Of a DNA stretch of 64,000 nt, positions 1-12,696 are shown in pieces. The DNA is from Nemertoderma westbladi (Eukaryota; Animalia; Xenacoelomorpha), in the NCBI GenBank assembly GCA_032718475.1, contig JAUCBJ010008395.1, forward strand, positions 15,282 to 79,281, read 5' to 3'. Both the position numbers and the translations under genes were made by a program. Each line of letters starts with the position of its first letter. Positions within the stretch are counted from its first letter, which is position 1. The notes beneath the pieces were generated by a model. The model was not told where the DNA came from, did no database searches, and saw only the letters and a program-made list of their open reading frames with translations.

Positions 1-3000
1 CTGGGCGATTGAGTTGTTGCGTCTCAAAGATTATGCCTGGCTTCTTGAAGTTACGCCGCATGACGATGAGTTCTACCGAGCGTACTAAACCATCATCTGA
101 GATGTGGGTCTCGATGATACGACCTGTCTGCCACCGTTTACGTGGGAGGTCTGGATCTACAATAAGCACCATATCTCCGGCGCTGACGTTTTCTTACTGC
201 GCAAACCACTTAGTTCGAAGCTGTAGCGTGGGCAGATAATGTTTCTCGAAATGGTCAGCGAAACGACGGGATAGCAGCTGCATAAGTTGCCAAGTTCGAC
301 GGCAGTATTCGTCTCCGTCGGCAATCTCCGATCGTGGGAGCATGGCTACAGGTTTCTTCAGTAGGAAGTGCGCGGGTGTTAGCGCTTCCAGGGAATCGGG
401 ACTCGATGAGACTGGCATAAGCGGTCTCTCGTTGAGATAGGCAGCTATTTCCTCCATTAATGTCCGCAAAAGTTCGTCGGTGAGATACGCGCGGCATGGC
501 ACTATAAAGTGAAATGCCGTCTTGACACTTCTAATTAATCTCTCCCAACTTCCTCCCCACCAAGGGGCGTCGGCGGCGTTGAAGGTCCAGCTAGACGCTG
601 TTATCCTTAGCTGGTCGTCCACCTGTCTTTGGTTCCAGTCCTTCACGTAAGCCTGTATTTCGTTGTTGGCACCAATGAAGTTCGTTCCCTTATCCGATCT
701 CATGGTATTACTCGTCCCGAAGCGAGCGATCTGTCGTCGTAAACTTAAGACGAAGCTGTTGGTAGATAGATCGTTCACCATATCGAGATGGATGGCTCTA
801 CAAGTCATGCACACGAAGATGACACACCATCTCTTGACTATAGTCCTCGCACGATATACTTCAATAGGGCCAAATAAATCTACACCAGTATTAGTAAAAG
901 GTGGTTCATAGAAGCTTACTCGTTCCCTAGGTAATTCTGCCTCTCGCTGTGTTAAAGGCCTACTGAATGCTTTCCTACAGGGTATGCAGTTCCTAAGAAC
1001 TTGGTTCAGAGCTCTACGGGGTTTATCAAAATAATAGCGAGTTCGAATTTCGCTAAGAATTCGTTCTCTACCAGCATGATAAAGTTTACTGTGAACATCT
1101 ACAATCATCTTGATTTGTACTTCAAGATTTCTAATAAGTATGGGGAATTTGGTGTCAAAGGATAAGGGCGCGTTGGTGAGTCTTCCTCCAACACGTATTA
1201 ACCCATCTATCATTGTGCTCGAGAATCGATCCCTTAAGCGCATCTGCGGGTTTCTCAACAACAGGAAATACTTATCGGAATCCTCAAAGCATTGCAGGAG
1301 TCTCAGTATCTGCTTATTTGTTACTTCATGCTCCTGGTGACTAATTTTCTCCTTTAGAAAACGGTCAGATGTCTTATATTTGGGTAAATTTTTAATAACA
1401 TGAACTTGTGCAGATGTCAATGGAGCGTTATCACTAGTGGTCTTCGTCCTGGAGTAGTGATGATGAAAACATCGTCTTAAATATGTGACGGCTTTACAGA
1501 GCCGATTCCAGGAACTGTAATGATGCATTGCTCTCTGCAGCATGGGTGAGATTCCTTGCGAGACGTCTGGTATTCCAGATTTCCAATCTCTATCTCTAAT
1601 TTCCACAACAGACTTATTTGTGTTGAGGGATTGTGGATCCGAAGCATCATTCCCGGAAGTATGTAATACAGATAGATCGATAGTCGGTTTAAATAACTTC
1701 GATTTACTCGCCCGGGTTTTAGGTTTGACTGTCTCCGCTCCCTTGGCTTGTCTAATCTCTGCCGTAGTAAGGTGAGGAGGCCATTCATCCTCTTCCTTGC
1801 TCAGGAAGTCGGGTCCACCCAACCAATCTGGAGTATCTATCAGTTCCTGTGGAGTTGCTCCCCTGGAGGCGATATCGGCTGGATTAATCATACCAGGGCA
1901 ATGTCTCCATTGATCTATCTTTGTGCGACTAAGAATAATAGCTACTCGGTTAGTAACAAAAACGCTGAACTGACAGACTTCGTTGGTTAGATACTCCAAC
2001 ACGAGTAAAGCGTCGGTCCAATAAACCGTTTTCTCCAGTGGGTAGTCGATTTGTTCCGTTACGTTCCGGCCGATGGCTGTAGCGTATAAAGCCGCCTTTA
2101 ACTCCGCTCGAGGAACCTTTAACTTGTTGTTAATCAACGCCTTAGAGGTAACCAAGGCGACTTTGATTCCATCCGGGGTTTCGACTCGCAGATATGCTAC
2201 TATACCTATTCCCATGTCGCTGGCGTCTCCAAACACGTGGAGTTGATAGGAATACGTAGGAAGAACATGGCCAAAATATGCACGGGAAATTATAAAGTTC
2301 TCGATGGCAGGTAGAGAATCTTCCCATTTCATCCATTTCTTTAACAATTCTCCCTTAAGCGGATCATCCCATGAGTGGTTTTCAAGCCACATTTGTTGCA
2401 CTAAACTCCGAGCAATCAATATAACTGGGCTAATAAATCCCAATGGGTCGAAATAAGTGCTCAGGATGCTTAAACAAATCCGTTTGGTCCGAACTGGATT
2501 ATCTCGCTGTTTTAACTGAAAAAACAGGATGTCTCTTTCAGTGTCCCACTTCAAGCCTAGTGTCTTGGTTTCAGGAAGATCGTCCTTTATTAAGTCTAGG
2601 TCTTTCGTTCCTCGGTCTTCTACCGGTATGGCTTCCAGAAACTCACGGGAGTTGCTAGTGAATTTCGTCAGTCGAAATCCACCTCTTTTCAAACACTCCA
2701 CCGTTCCTTTCGCGACAGCTATGGCTTCTTCTACTGATGGAAGGGACCTTAAATTGTCGTCCATGTATATATTCCGTTTGATGTTGTCAATCACCTCTTT
2801 TGAGAAGGAGTCTCGGTTGTCATTCGCAGTGGTTCGCACCACGGAGCAGGCGTTGGAAGGGCTTGATATGATTCCAAAGGCCTGGATGGTCATCCAGTAT
2901 TCTACCGGTTTCTGATTGAGGTCTCCTTCAGGCCACCACAGAAATCTCAGGCTGTCTCTATCTCTATCCAGCGCCTTGACTTGTAAGAACATTCCTTCGA

Positions 3001-6000
3001 TATCGGAGGCGAACGCGATGGAATATTGTCTTAATCTTAAAAGTATTCCCAACAAAGATTGGAGTAAGTTGGGTCCTGGTAACAACTCGGAATTGAGGGA
3101 TTGGCCCATATATAGGGCGGAGCTATCGAATACGACTCGTACTTCGTGTGGTTTACCGGGTTTGGGAACGTAATGATGTGTTAAGTAATACGTTCTCTCA
3201 GTCACTGGTGTTCCTTCCGGTACTCGCTCCGCGTATCCCTTTGTTATAAATTTCTTCAGCTGAGTTTGGTACATTTCTTTCGCTGAAGCATTAGCTGTAA
3301 GGCGTCGATATAATTGAGCGATTCTTTTCTCTGCCAAGGGTCTGTTATTTATAAATCTAGGTTCTCGTTTTCGAAATGGTAGGCCGATTTCATACCTACC
3401 TTGGTCCTTTAAAAAACGTGTAGTTGTTTCCTGGATTTGCTTGGCTCTTTCTTCTTCTATCGATAGAGCCTTATCATATGAATTGGGCTCTACCAGTTCC
3501 TGAGTAAAGAATCGTACGGCTAGTTCGTCCCGAGTTCTAGCGTTGCAGCGCTCTATCTCATTGTTTAGTTCGTCATTGTAAGCGATGGGTTCCGATGGGC
3601 GAATCAGTTGACATAGGTTCACCTGATTTTTCCAAGTTTGGTTTTCTGTAAGTAGGTCGATGGTGTTCTCTTGATCGAAGAGTTGGTAGATGTCGTCATT
3701 ATCTGAAGAGTATGGTGTTTCCTCAGTTAGTTCATCCACCTCACTGCTCTCCTCGCTCCAATCACTCACCTGGTATACTCGTTCTTGTGGCCTTCTCTCT
3801 TCGAGAGTCCTGCGGGAAGGGCCAGTAAAGTACCAACCTACTCTAGTTCTTACCGCATAGGTTTGCAGTGGCTGCGGTTGAGCAGGCCGTTTCTCTAATG
3901 TTTCGAGCGCCTCGTGCGCGTTTTGGCCGATGAGTATTTGCACTCCAGGATAATCTGTCTGGAATCGAGGTATCTTAAGATGTTGGATGCTCTCATCTTC
4001 GTCCCAATTATAAAGGTCTGCTTGAGTAGTAGCGAAGTTCTTTATAGCCACAATTTTTACTGACCTTATACCTTGTGCTCCTAACTTATCCTGGGGGGTG
4101 GACAACACACCTACATAGTAATCTGCCGTTAGGGTAGATTTCCAAACCTGCATAATTCCTGACATATTCAATTTAGTCCGGAATTTGGGTTGTCCAGCAA
4201 AGATATCTTCGGCTAATTCTTGATCGATGAATGTTCCTGTGCTGCCGGAGTCAAGGAGTGCGTTCACTATGTAACTGTGGTTAGGACCGTGAACTCTTAC
4301 CTGCACTACAGGAAATTCTCTGATTCCTACGTTGGAAGTTGGAGCTTTCCAAGATGGTTGTTTGGCAAAAGTAGTTGGGGGAAACTCATTGTTGGTGTCC
4401 TTTTCATAAGTAAGTGCTCGATACACTGCGGTATTGATTAGATAACAGGATTCGTTGGCGTCGGAGAATTCGTCAGTATAGAATCCTTCCATCTCAGACT
4501 CCTGATCAGTGTCATTTACATCACTGAATTGGACATGTAGTTCGGGCTCACTTACCTGACTCTGTTTGTCTCGTTCGAACTCACTGTGTAACAAGATGTG
4601 ATGTTTCGCGCCACACTTTGCACACTTTATGTCGGAGTAACAGGTTCGCCATTGGTGTCCTGGTCTGAGGCAATTATAGCATAACCGCTTGTCCCACACA
4701 ACTGCACGTCTGTCTACAAGGGATTTCTTTAGAAATTCAGCACACGCACTCAAACGGTGGGTCCCGTCGCACAGCGCACAGTTAGGTTTTATGTTACTCA
4801 CTTTACCTTGGGTAACTTGATGCACTCTCGTTTTTTCTTCGGGTTTTCTTCGGTGCATTCTGTTAGGAGACTGAGGGGGGGTCTTGGCGACCTGTTCTCT
4901 CCTATCGTTGTTTCGAGCCTTGTATTTACTTACATCTTTTGATGTTTTGTCAACGTAGTAAGATCTCTCAGTGTCTTTCCCGCTATCCTCTTCTTGAGAA
5001 GCTTGGCTTTCGCCGTCGTCAGTGTAACACACCGGTGTTACTCTTCTCCTAGAAGCGGGTTTCTTACTTACCTTATTTTCCGATGTTTTCTCTCTGGACT
5101 GCTTGATGAGTTGTAGTTTTACCTCACCATCTAAGAAGGACATGAGATCAGCCATGGTAGGACTTCGTCGTTGTTGTTCATTCATGTACAACACTTTCTT
5201 GTCCCAACGTGTACATACTCCACCCTTGGGTAAAGTAGAGACTACTGCTCCAATAACCATGGAACTCTGATATTCATGAGACTTACCTAACCAGTCCAAT
5301 TGTCTACAGATTTCCTGAATTTCATCGGAAAACTCTATAATCCCGCTACTAAGGAAGTGTCGGGGGGCTACTAATTTTGCATACAAATACTTAGCTATGT
5401 TATCCTTGTTACCATACCTGATGTTTAATGTATCCCAAACTTGTCTCAATCCATCTGGATGTCCAATAAACTTTAACGCCATTAACCTGGGAGGTCCTTC
5501 CAAGCACTTGATGAGGAACCTAAGTTTCTCTCCGTTAGATTAGATAGTACAGAGTTTTGTATGCTATCTTTGTAATATTTGTTGAAAGGTAACCATTTCA
5601 TCTCATCTCCATTGAATTTGACGATCTCTCCCACTTTGACCGCTTGGCGGGCTTCTGTTCTAGCCATCTGACGCGTAAAGCTTTCTTGGGCCATCGTGTT
5701 ATTTAATATCGAATTATCGGTATATAAATTTCTCGGATCATTGTCAGGTCTATAAGGGATATCATTGATAACAGGTCTATAATCACCCTTAATAGGGTTT
5801 GCTATAGGAGTTTCTACTTCACTAGCAGTATAGATGCGGGTAGGCTCCACACCTTGCGCATGTACTACTTCAGACCTAACAGGTTGACACAATTTTACAG
5901 GGGGTATTGGTATTCCCTTTTGGATATTGACTAATTTGTCGCGTTCTAGCGCGATACTTTGCTGCACTTCTTGCAATTCGGCCCTACCTTCCCTTACTGT

Positions 6001-7995
6001 TCCCTTAAGTTGGTAGACAGTCTCCTGCATCTGTCCGAGCAGGAGATTCATCCCCCACCGTCCCTCCTCTACCCACTCGACCGCCGAAGCGGGAGTCGCC
6101 AACATTGTAGCGGGCTGACGTGGGGCGACGGGAGACAAATCTTTGATTTCTCTCTCAGCTTCCAGGACAGGGATATTCTCATGGACTGTTCTACCGGGCA
6201 CAGGCAGTGTAGTACTGTGTAAAGGGAATTTAGAGTTAAGCTCTGGAAGTACAGGGGTCTCTAACACAGGAGTGACTTTGGGAACGACAGGCCTAATTAT
6301 TTCAGGCTCATCAACTATAGTAGGGAGTCTTTTGACCTTAATAATTTGGTCTGTAGGTTCTATACTACTCAAGTCTGTGCTAGCTAATTGTCTTCTAACA
6401 GCTGGGGGCAAATCAGGCAATTTGTGACGGTAAGATGTTTTTCTACGCCTGCTTAGACGAGATCTATTTCCTCCGCCTTCAGGATCGGTGGTTTCGCTTT
6501 CCTCCGATGACGTATATCCTTGGCGTTTGGGAGTAGATTTTCTCATCATCTGCATGTGACTAGCAGTTAACTGTTTATTTATGTTGTCTTGCGTCTCTTG
6601 CAGATTTTCCAACTCCAGTTGGGTAGTCTCCTCAGAGGCTCTCCGTTCTGCTTCTGCCACTGCCTTTGCTGCTGCCACAGTCGCCTTTCTTTCTGCTTCA
6701 GCTTCTGCCGCCGCTGCCTTTCTTTCTGCTTCTGCTTCTGCTTCTGCCGCCGCTGTTACTGCAGCTGCCTTTCTTTCTGCTTCCACTTCGGCCATTGCCG
6801 CTGTTACTGCAGCTGCCTTTCGGTCCTCTATCCTTTTTTTCTTTACTAGTTCTTCTTGGACTCTAGTGAGGCGGAGTTTTTCATCAAACTCAGCTTGGTT
6901 AGCAGCTAACATTTCAGCATCGATTGAGTCTAACACACGCTGGGTTCCTTCACTATTAGGGGAAAGTCCAGACAGCCGTCTCCTCAACTCTTCGTCTCCT
7001 AGGAATCGCTGATAGTCGGACAGATATATGTCGATGGCGTCTCTCTTTCGTGGTCTCTCTGCGGTCTCTTCGCCTTCCACTTGAAAAAGGGTGGCATCGG
7101 TTGGTTCTTCATAGGTTAGTCTCTCAGACAGCTGGGATTTCCACTGGTCCGTTTCTTGTACTTTGAGACCTACCCGCTGGAACCAAGTTTTGACAGCAAC
7201 CTGCAGCGACGTGTCCTGTCTTCTTTTGGAAGTTTCCTCAAAAGCTGATAGGATTAGTCGAATGCGTAGGGTTCTTTCGCGTACTTGATATAGCAGTTCT
7301 TCCTGCTCTTGAGGTCCTTGGGGTTGTCGAAACAGTTGTTCTTCTAATCGCTCTAAGGAGCCGAAGAATCCCTGCACATATCCTGCTGCCGACCTCTTCC
7401 AAACAGCTGGATCCATAGTATCTTTAGCCACTCCCATTCTGTGTATATCTTCCCAAGTAGCCTCGGACAGATCTAACGGGAGTCCGGGTCCGGGAAAGTT
7501 CCATTGTGACTCGACAATAGACATCAATTCTTCCCTGGCGTATCCCGCATAATTATCTTGGGTCGCTCGCTTATTTCTCGCCCAGTCGGCTTGATGTTCC
7601 TCCACCGCAATCAATATAGTAGTTAGCACTGCGGCAGGAAGGGTGAGAAGGGGGTCCGAGTAGGCTTTAGCCGTCATCTGTAATCCGCGTTCGGGGGTCA
7701 GCTCGACAGTATCCGAACTACTGGAGCTATCGGATCGCTGGGAACAAGTTTCTTGACTAGGCTGTTGCTGCTGTGGGACAGCTGCTTCCTGGTTCCGTTT
7801 GACTTGGGCCCGAGTGCCGATGATAGACCTACGGTGTTGGATTAGCTTAGGGTCCGATACCACTACTGGAGGGATGACTTTTCTTTCAGTAGGAGGTGAG
7901 CTGAACTCCTTTCTTAATCGCTCCACACTCCTATCTGTGTCACAGATGGTTGTATCGATTAGACTGTCTGACAGGTTTTGCTGAGTGTCAGACAT
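1..7995 (-). pseudogene. BEL/Pao gag-pol of element A, broken by a frameshift near 5535-5544 and a nonsense codon at 194-196
   Basis: ORFs 5482-7995 and 194-5503 join (VLSNGEKLRFLIKCLEGPP) if one copy of the duplicated TTAGA is removed. After TAA at 194-196 the frame continues as ENVSAGDMVLIVDPDLPRKRWQTGRI...DGLVRSVEL, the typical BEL C-terminal domain. Confidence 0.92.
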
Positions 7996-9319
7996 GTTTA
8001 GCTATACAGTTGAATGCTTACTGCTATAGTTACAGTTAAAGCAAGTCTAGTAATTCAGTATGACCGTTGGCCTAGTACCGGTAATTTATCGCAGTATATT
8101 AGAATACCGGTATACACTTATAGTATATATAAGTATTGTAAACTAGGTTTGTCACAGAGTACCGGTATATAATTTTAGCACAAATATATAAATATATAAT
8201 AGGCCTATCGTGAATACCGGTATACAGCTTACACTGATAGTATATATAAGTATAATTATGGACTAGAATTAATTACAGAGTACCGGTATGATTTCAGCTC
8301 AAATTTATAGAAATAAATATAATAAGCCTATGGTAAATACCGGTATGTCAATTATTTTAGAATAATTGAATTTCTGAATATTTTAGGGTTACTTGGTTAC
8401 TTTAACTTACTTTGTTACCGTTATTTAAGCAGTAGTCCAACTGATATTGAGACCTAGTTGTTGTATGGCAGGCCTACTATTTATAAATCGTTTAAGTTGA
8501 TTTATAATAGATATATACCCGTTTAAAATGGGTTTTGTCAATATTTGAAATAAATGTTATTATTTCTGGGGTCACTACACAGAAGCTATGCGCTCTCAGT
8601 GGAGTGCTACTTATGGGACACTAAAACTGATAATTCTAATTTACCTAAGTTACTTAATACTACAAATTACTTACGATACGGGTGAGATTAATTCTCTAAT
8701 TAAACACAACAAAAATATTACGTACGAAATTTTAGGGTAATTTTACAGGAAGTCTACAAACCAGCCTAACAAAGGGTTAGAATTCTGGTTATTACAACGG
8801 ACAGGGTACTACGGTATTTGAAATAATAAGTAGTAGTAAATATATTGCACTGTCCAGATAGGAAAATACCACCGCCTGACGACCTATAACTGTATCGCTA
8901 TAGGTACTACGTTATGTATCACGGAGTGTTCCTACCTAGAAGTTAATTACCGCGGACTACCAGATCCAGCGTGCCTATTAACCACTTTACAACACAAATA
9001 TACTGCCTACACACTAATTACTTTCGGAAAGCACTGTACACTAAACCCTAAATTAGGTACAAGCACTGGTACAACAAATAATCAGTAGTTAAATATACTT
9101 GAACAGTTAAAAGAACCACGGCATCTGCTGGAGTGACCAGAGCACAAAGTCACCAGTCTTGTCCTACGCCAAGCAGCCCGTGTAGTACCGGGGTTAATTT
9201 AACTATAACGGTATGTGTAACAAACACAATTACTGTAGGAATAAACTTGGGGACATGAATGTTGCGAATAATCGCATAAACTCTGAATAATAAATATTAC
9301 GCTACCCGTACAGAATACT

Positions 9320-9800
9320 CAAACAAAATACAAACCAAACGCTGGCAGACTACTACCAGGCCTAAATAAACTACTGTATGTGCAGATTCCAAAACGGTTA
9401 GTTAGTATGCGTTCTAACACGGTAGTACGACTTATTCTTTAAGAGGGGATTGACCTTACAGCTATGGCTACCCCAACTTACTAACTGGCACTTTATCAGA
9501 CAAACTCTACACAAGCAGCAATCTCTTCAGACCTAATAATAGCTAGACAACAATCCAGCCTACAAAATATCTGAGTAATAACTATTACGGTACCTGAACA
9601 GACCACACAAACAAACACAGGCCAAAACGCTGGCAGAATACTGTCAAGCCTAAATAAACTACAGTATGTGCAGATTCCAAAATTGTTAGTTAGTATGCGT
9701 TCTAACATGGTAGTACGACTTATTCTTTAAGAGGGGATTGACCTTACAGCTATGGCTGCCCCAACTTACTAACTGGCACTCTATCGGACAAACTCTACAC
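9320..9800. repeat. Direct duplication (~180 bp, ~290-bp spacing) in the leader of element A
   Basis: CCTAAATAAACTAC...GGGGATTGACCTTACAGCTATGGCT...CTAACTGGCACT occurs at about 9360-9495 and 9648-9785. Confidence 0.8.
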
Positions 9801-10034
9801 ACGCCGCAATCTCTCCAAACTCAACAACAATCCGACAACAGTCCGGCCTACAGTTATCTGAACAATCTGAGCAGACTTACACGTCTTCAGCTCAATATTA
9901 ACTTACTAGGAAATAAAACTGACAGAAATAGACCTAAGTAAAATCTCAATAAAAACCAGGCGTCCCCGATTTAATATCGAGACCTACCGTTATACAATAA
10001 TCAAAATCGAATAATACTAATGTACTTATACTGG

Positions 10035-10160
10035 AAGTACCGGTTAGGACAGTTGGGCCTACGGACCTACAGAAGTACCGGTTCTGACAGTTGGACCTAC
10101 GGACCTACAGCAGTACCGGTTCTGGCAGTTGGGCCTACTGACCTACAGAAGTACCGGTTC
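10035..10160. repeat. ~37-bp tandem repeat (3-4 copies) in the leader of element A
   Basis: GTACCGGTTCTGACAGTTGGACCTACGGACCTACAG-like unit repeated. Confidence 0.75.
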
Positions 10161-10214
10161 AGGTTTACCGGTTGACCGGTACTTTCAACTTTATTGCTTA
10201 CTGCAATAAAGTCA

Positions 10215-10225
10215 ATAACTGTTAT
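10215..10225 (-). promoter_or_regulatory. Non-tRNA primer-binding site of element A (ATAACAGTTAT), complementary to LTR-internal 11012-11002
   Basis: It abuts the terminal CA of the LTR, has no TGG, and is a perfect 11-nt complement of a site inside the LTR. Confidence 0.65.
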
Positions 10226-11510
10226 TGTACGCGCTTTTGAAGACCTTTAGCAGTTTAACCTGCCAAAATTTATATGTCTTTTGGTTTATAAATAGACTTT
10301 AGAAGATGACAAATATTTAATACCAATAAACACAACATTAGCAGAAGCCAGCCTAGTGCGCGTCCATTCACCCGCTGGATATACCCGGGAGACTGGATTC
10401 TGAGGGCTTAGATTATTATTGCAGTGTAAGCTTACTGTATTGTATTATTCGATTGATCGTTAATAAATTTCTGACTAATATTATTTACTTTCGGGAAAAT
10501 ATTAACAGTTCCTTTAGGACGTGGCGCTCTATCTAGGTAAACAGAGATATGACTTATACTAATCACAACGGCAAGTCGGTAAGGCTTATGATTCACGTAT
10601 GAGGCGCATTCTTTAGGAAATGCTTAGTTATCAGTCACAATCATGCACACTACCGGTAACACACAATACTGCTCACTAATTTGCCGACCGTCAATGAATT
10701 TTATCATATATAAAGAAAACAGCAACGGATTCATGTAGTGCTTATCAAATAGCATTAAATTCACTACAAACCACAATAATATAAGTCGCAATCGCTATAT
10801 ATAACCCGTCTCTCTAACCTGTAGTGTATCAAGAAAATTGGGAAATTTGGGTTCTTTATATATGTTCTCCAAATAATATTCAACCAAACAATAGTAAATA
10901 GCAGTATAATAATGTATATTGAACCGATAATGTAAAACTGAATTGCGATCAGTTGTTATGATAAGATAAGTTGATTGTTATGCACTGATTGTTATGTTAT
11001 GATAACAGTTATACGCTCTATAATTTAAGCCTACTAATGTTTCTTCTAAAGTATGAAAACGAATTGACTCTAGAGCCGGTGTTCCTGGCCTAGATAGAAA
11101 CAACACAACAGTATCACAAAAACAGTAAGACTGAACACTCCTAGTATCATCGGCCGAATATCTACACGTCGACAGAAAAAATCGCTCTGATTGGCTCAAA
11201 CCAAACAAAGAACCGTGCGTCCAATGGCTGTTTCCATGCCAGCAACCAGCTGCTAGATGTCGCAATCTGAATCATCAAGGCCAAGCCGTGTAAAGGTATT
11301 TGGTGCATTGAGGGTTTTTTGCCTTACCATGTCCGCCAAAACACGTATATAGAAGAATGACTTTTATGTCCGTTAAAACACCTATAACGGTACCTTGCGG
11401 GCGAGGGGAATATATATATAGTTAGAGAGCCTTTTAGAGTATTCCAGCGCCTGGGGGGAAACTGGATTGGGAAGCAAAAGGGCCAGTTATATCCCACAGA
11501 AGCTTTTACA
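10226..11510 (-). repeat. 5' LTR of element A
   Basis: On the minus strand it reads TGTAAAAGC...CGCGTACA. It is a near-identical inverted match to 14224-15482. Confidence 0.9.
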
Positions 11511-12696
11511 ATATTGCTCTTCTACCTTATATTAAATAATACATATAGTAGCGTGATGTCCCTCTAACAGTAGCGTAAAACGCAAATAAATCTGTTAAAC
11601 CTTTTGACCATCTGTAATTCTAGTCGATTAAGATATCGTGGCACACACCGATATACTTGAAAGACAAATTATAGAATCAGTGGTTAATGTCCCCAGACAG
11701 GTTCTGGAATAAATCGGTGCCCATCTTAAATATTAATTTAATATTTAGTAAAATCTGTAAAATTCAGATCCGTTAACAATTCTAGTCGATTAAGATATCG
11801 TAGCACTTACCGATACTCTTAAAAGGACAAAATTCCTAGAATCAAGGATCCAAGTCCCCAGACACGTTCTGGAATAAAATTGTGTCTATTTAATATTAAA
11901 TAATAAAATTCACGGGAATAAATTTAAATTCATATTTTTAAATGAATTTCATAAATTGTCATTTTGTACAATTTATAACATTCCCAAAATTCCATTAATT
12001 AATAGATCATGGGAGCGGAGATTCATCCTATTGAGTGTATTAGAGTGCGAGAATCTCCAACATATAGTCAATAGCCAATAAAATTAATAAAATCATGTAT
12101 AAAGAGGATATTGACAATTAAAGAATTATTATTAAATAGCATTCCAGATCTGTATGCATGAGAATTACCCTAATTCTACAGCTAGCATTCCATAATGTCA
12201 CCATAGCAACACCCACGCTAGAATTAGAAGCAAGTTAAGAGAACAATAGAAAGCTTGTCCCATTGCATAGCATAGAGAATACATAACACACTGTTAGTAT
12301 CCAAGGATACACAGTAATAACGTGACATTCTGGAATGCACTGACTAACGGACAAATGGCCTGTATGTGTACAATTGGTGACAGTTGTGTGGAATTTGTGC
12401 GTTTGTAGGTGAATGTTACTGCTAAGGTGTGTTTACAGTAGCTAGTCGCAATTGTGAAAGTAGCCCAACTCTCCTATAGAAAGAACCTAAAGTGGATTCA
12501 AGCCTTTGTGACGGACAGTGGAGTGACTTGTGCCGGTTATCGTTGTCGTGCTGTTGCTACATGTTGGCGTAAACACCGCGACGACGGTACATCGGCGCTG
12601 AGAATCCCACTGTCTGGGGGCAAAGAGAGGTAGGCAGCGACGTCCGCTCGCCTAAACATAAACTCATTTCGATATTAACAAACTCAGATAGCAGAT

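Larger units (their letters stand above)
1..11510 (-). mobile_element. BEL/Pao LTR retrotransposon A (5' LTR, 2.2-kb leader, gag-pol; 3' end outside window; disabled)
   Basis: The ORFs show BEL gag triple Cys/His knuckles (CALCDGTHRLSAC, CYNCLRPGHQWRTC, CAKCGAKHHILLH), protease LLDSGS, RT YMDD, Pao RNase H HVFGDAS, and integrase GVDLFGP / PWWGGSWE. A TGT...ACA-bounded LTR lies at 11510-10226. Confidence 0.95.

Noticed and set aside
5482-5503. Programmed gag-pol ribosomal frameshift
   Set aside because: The break lies inside the Gag core and is explained by a 5-bp duplication; BEL elements normally have a single ORF.
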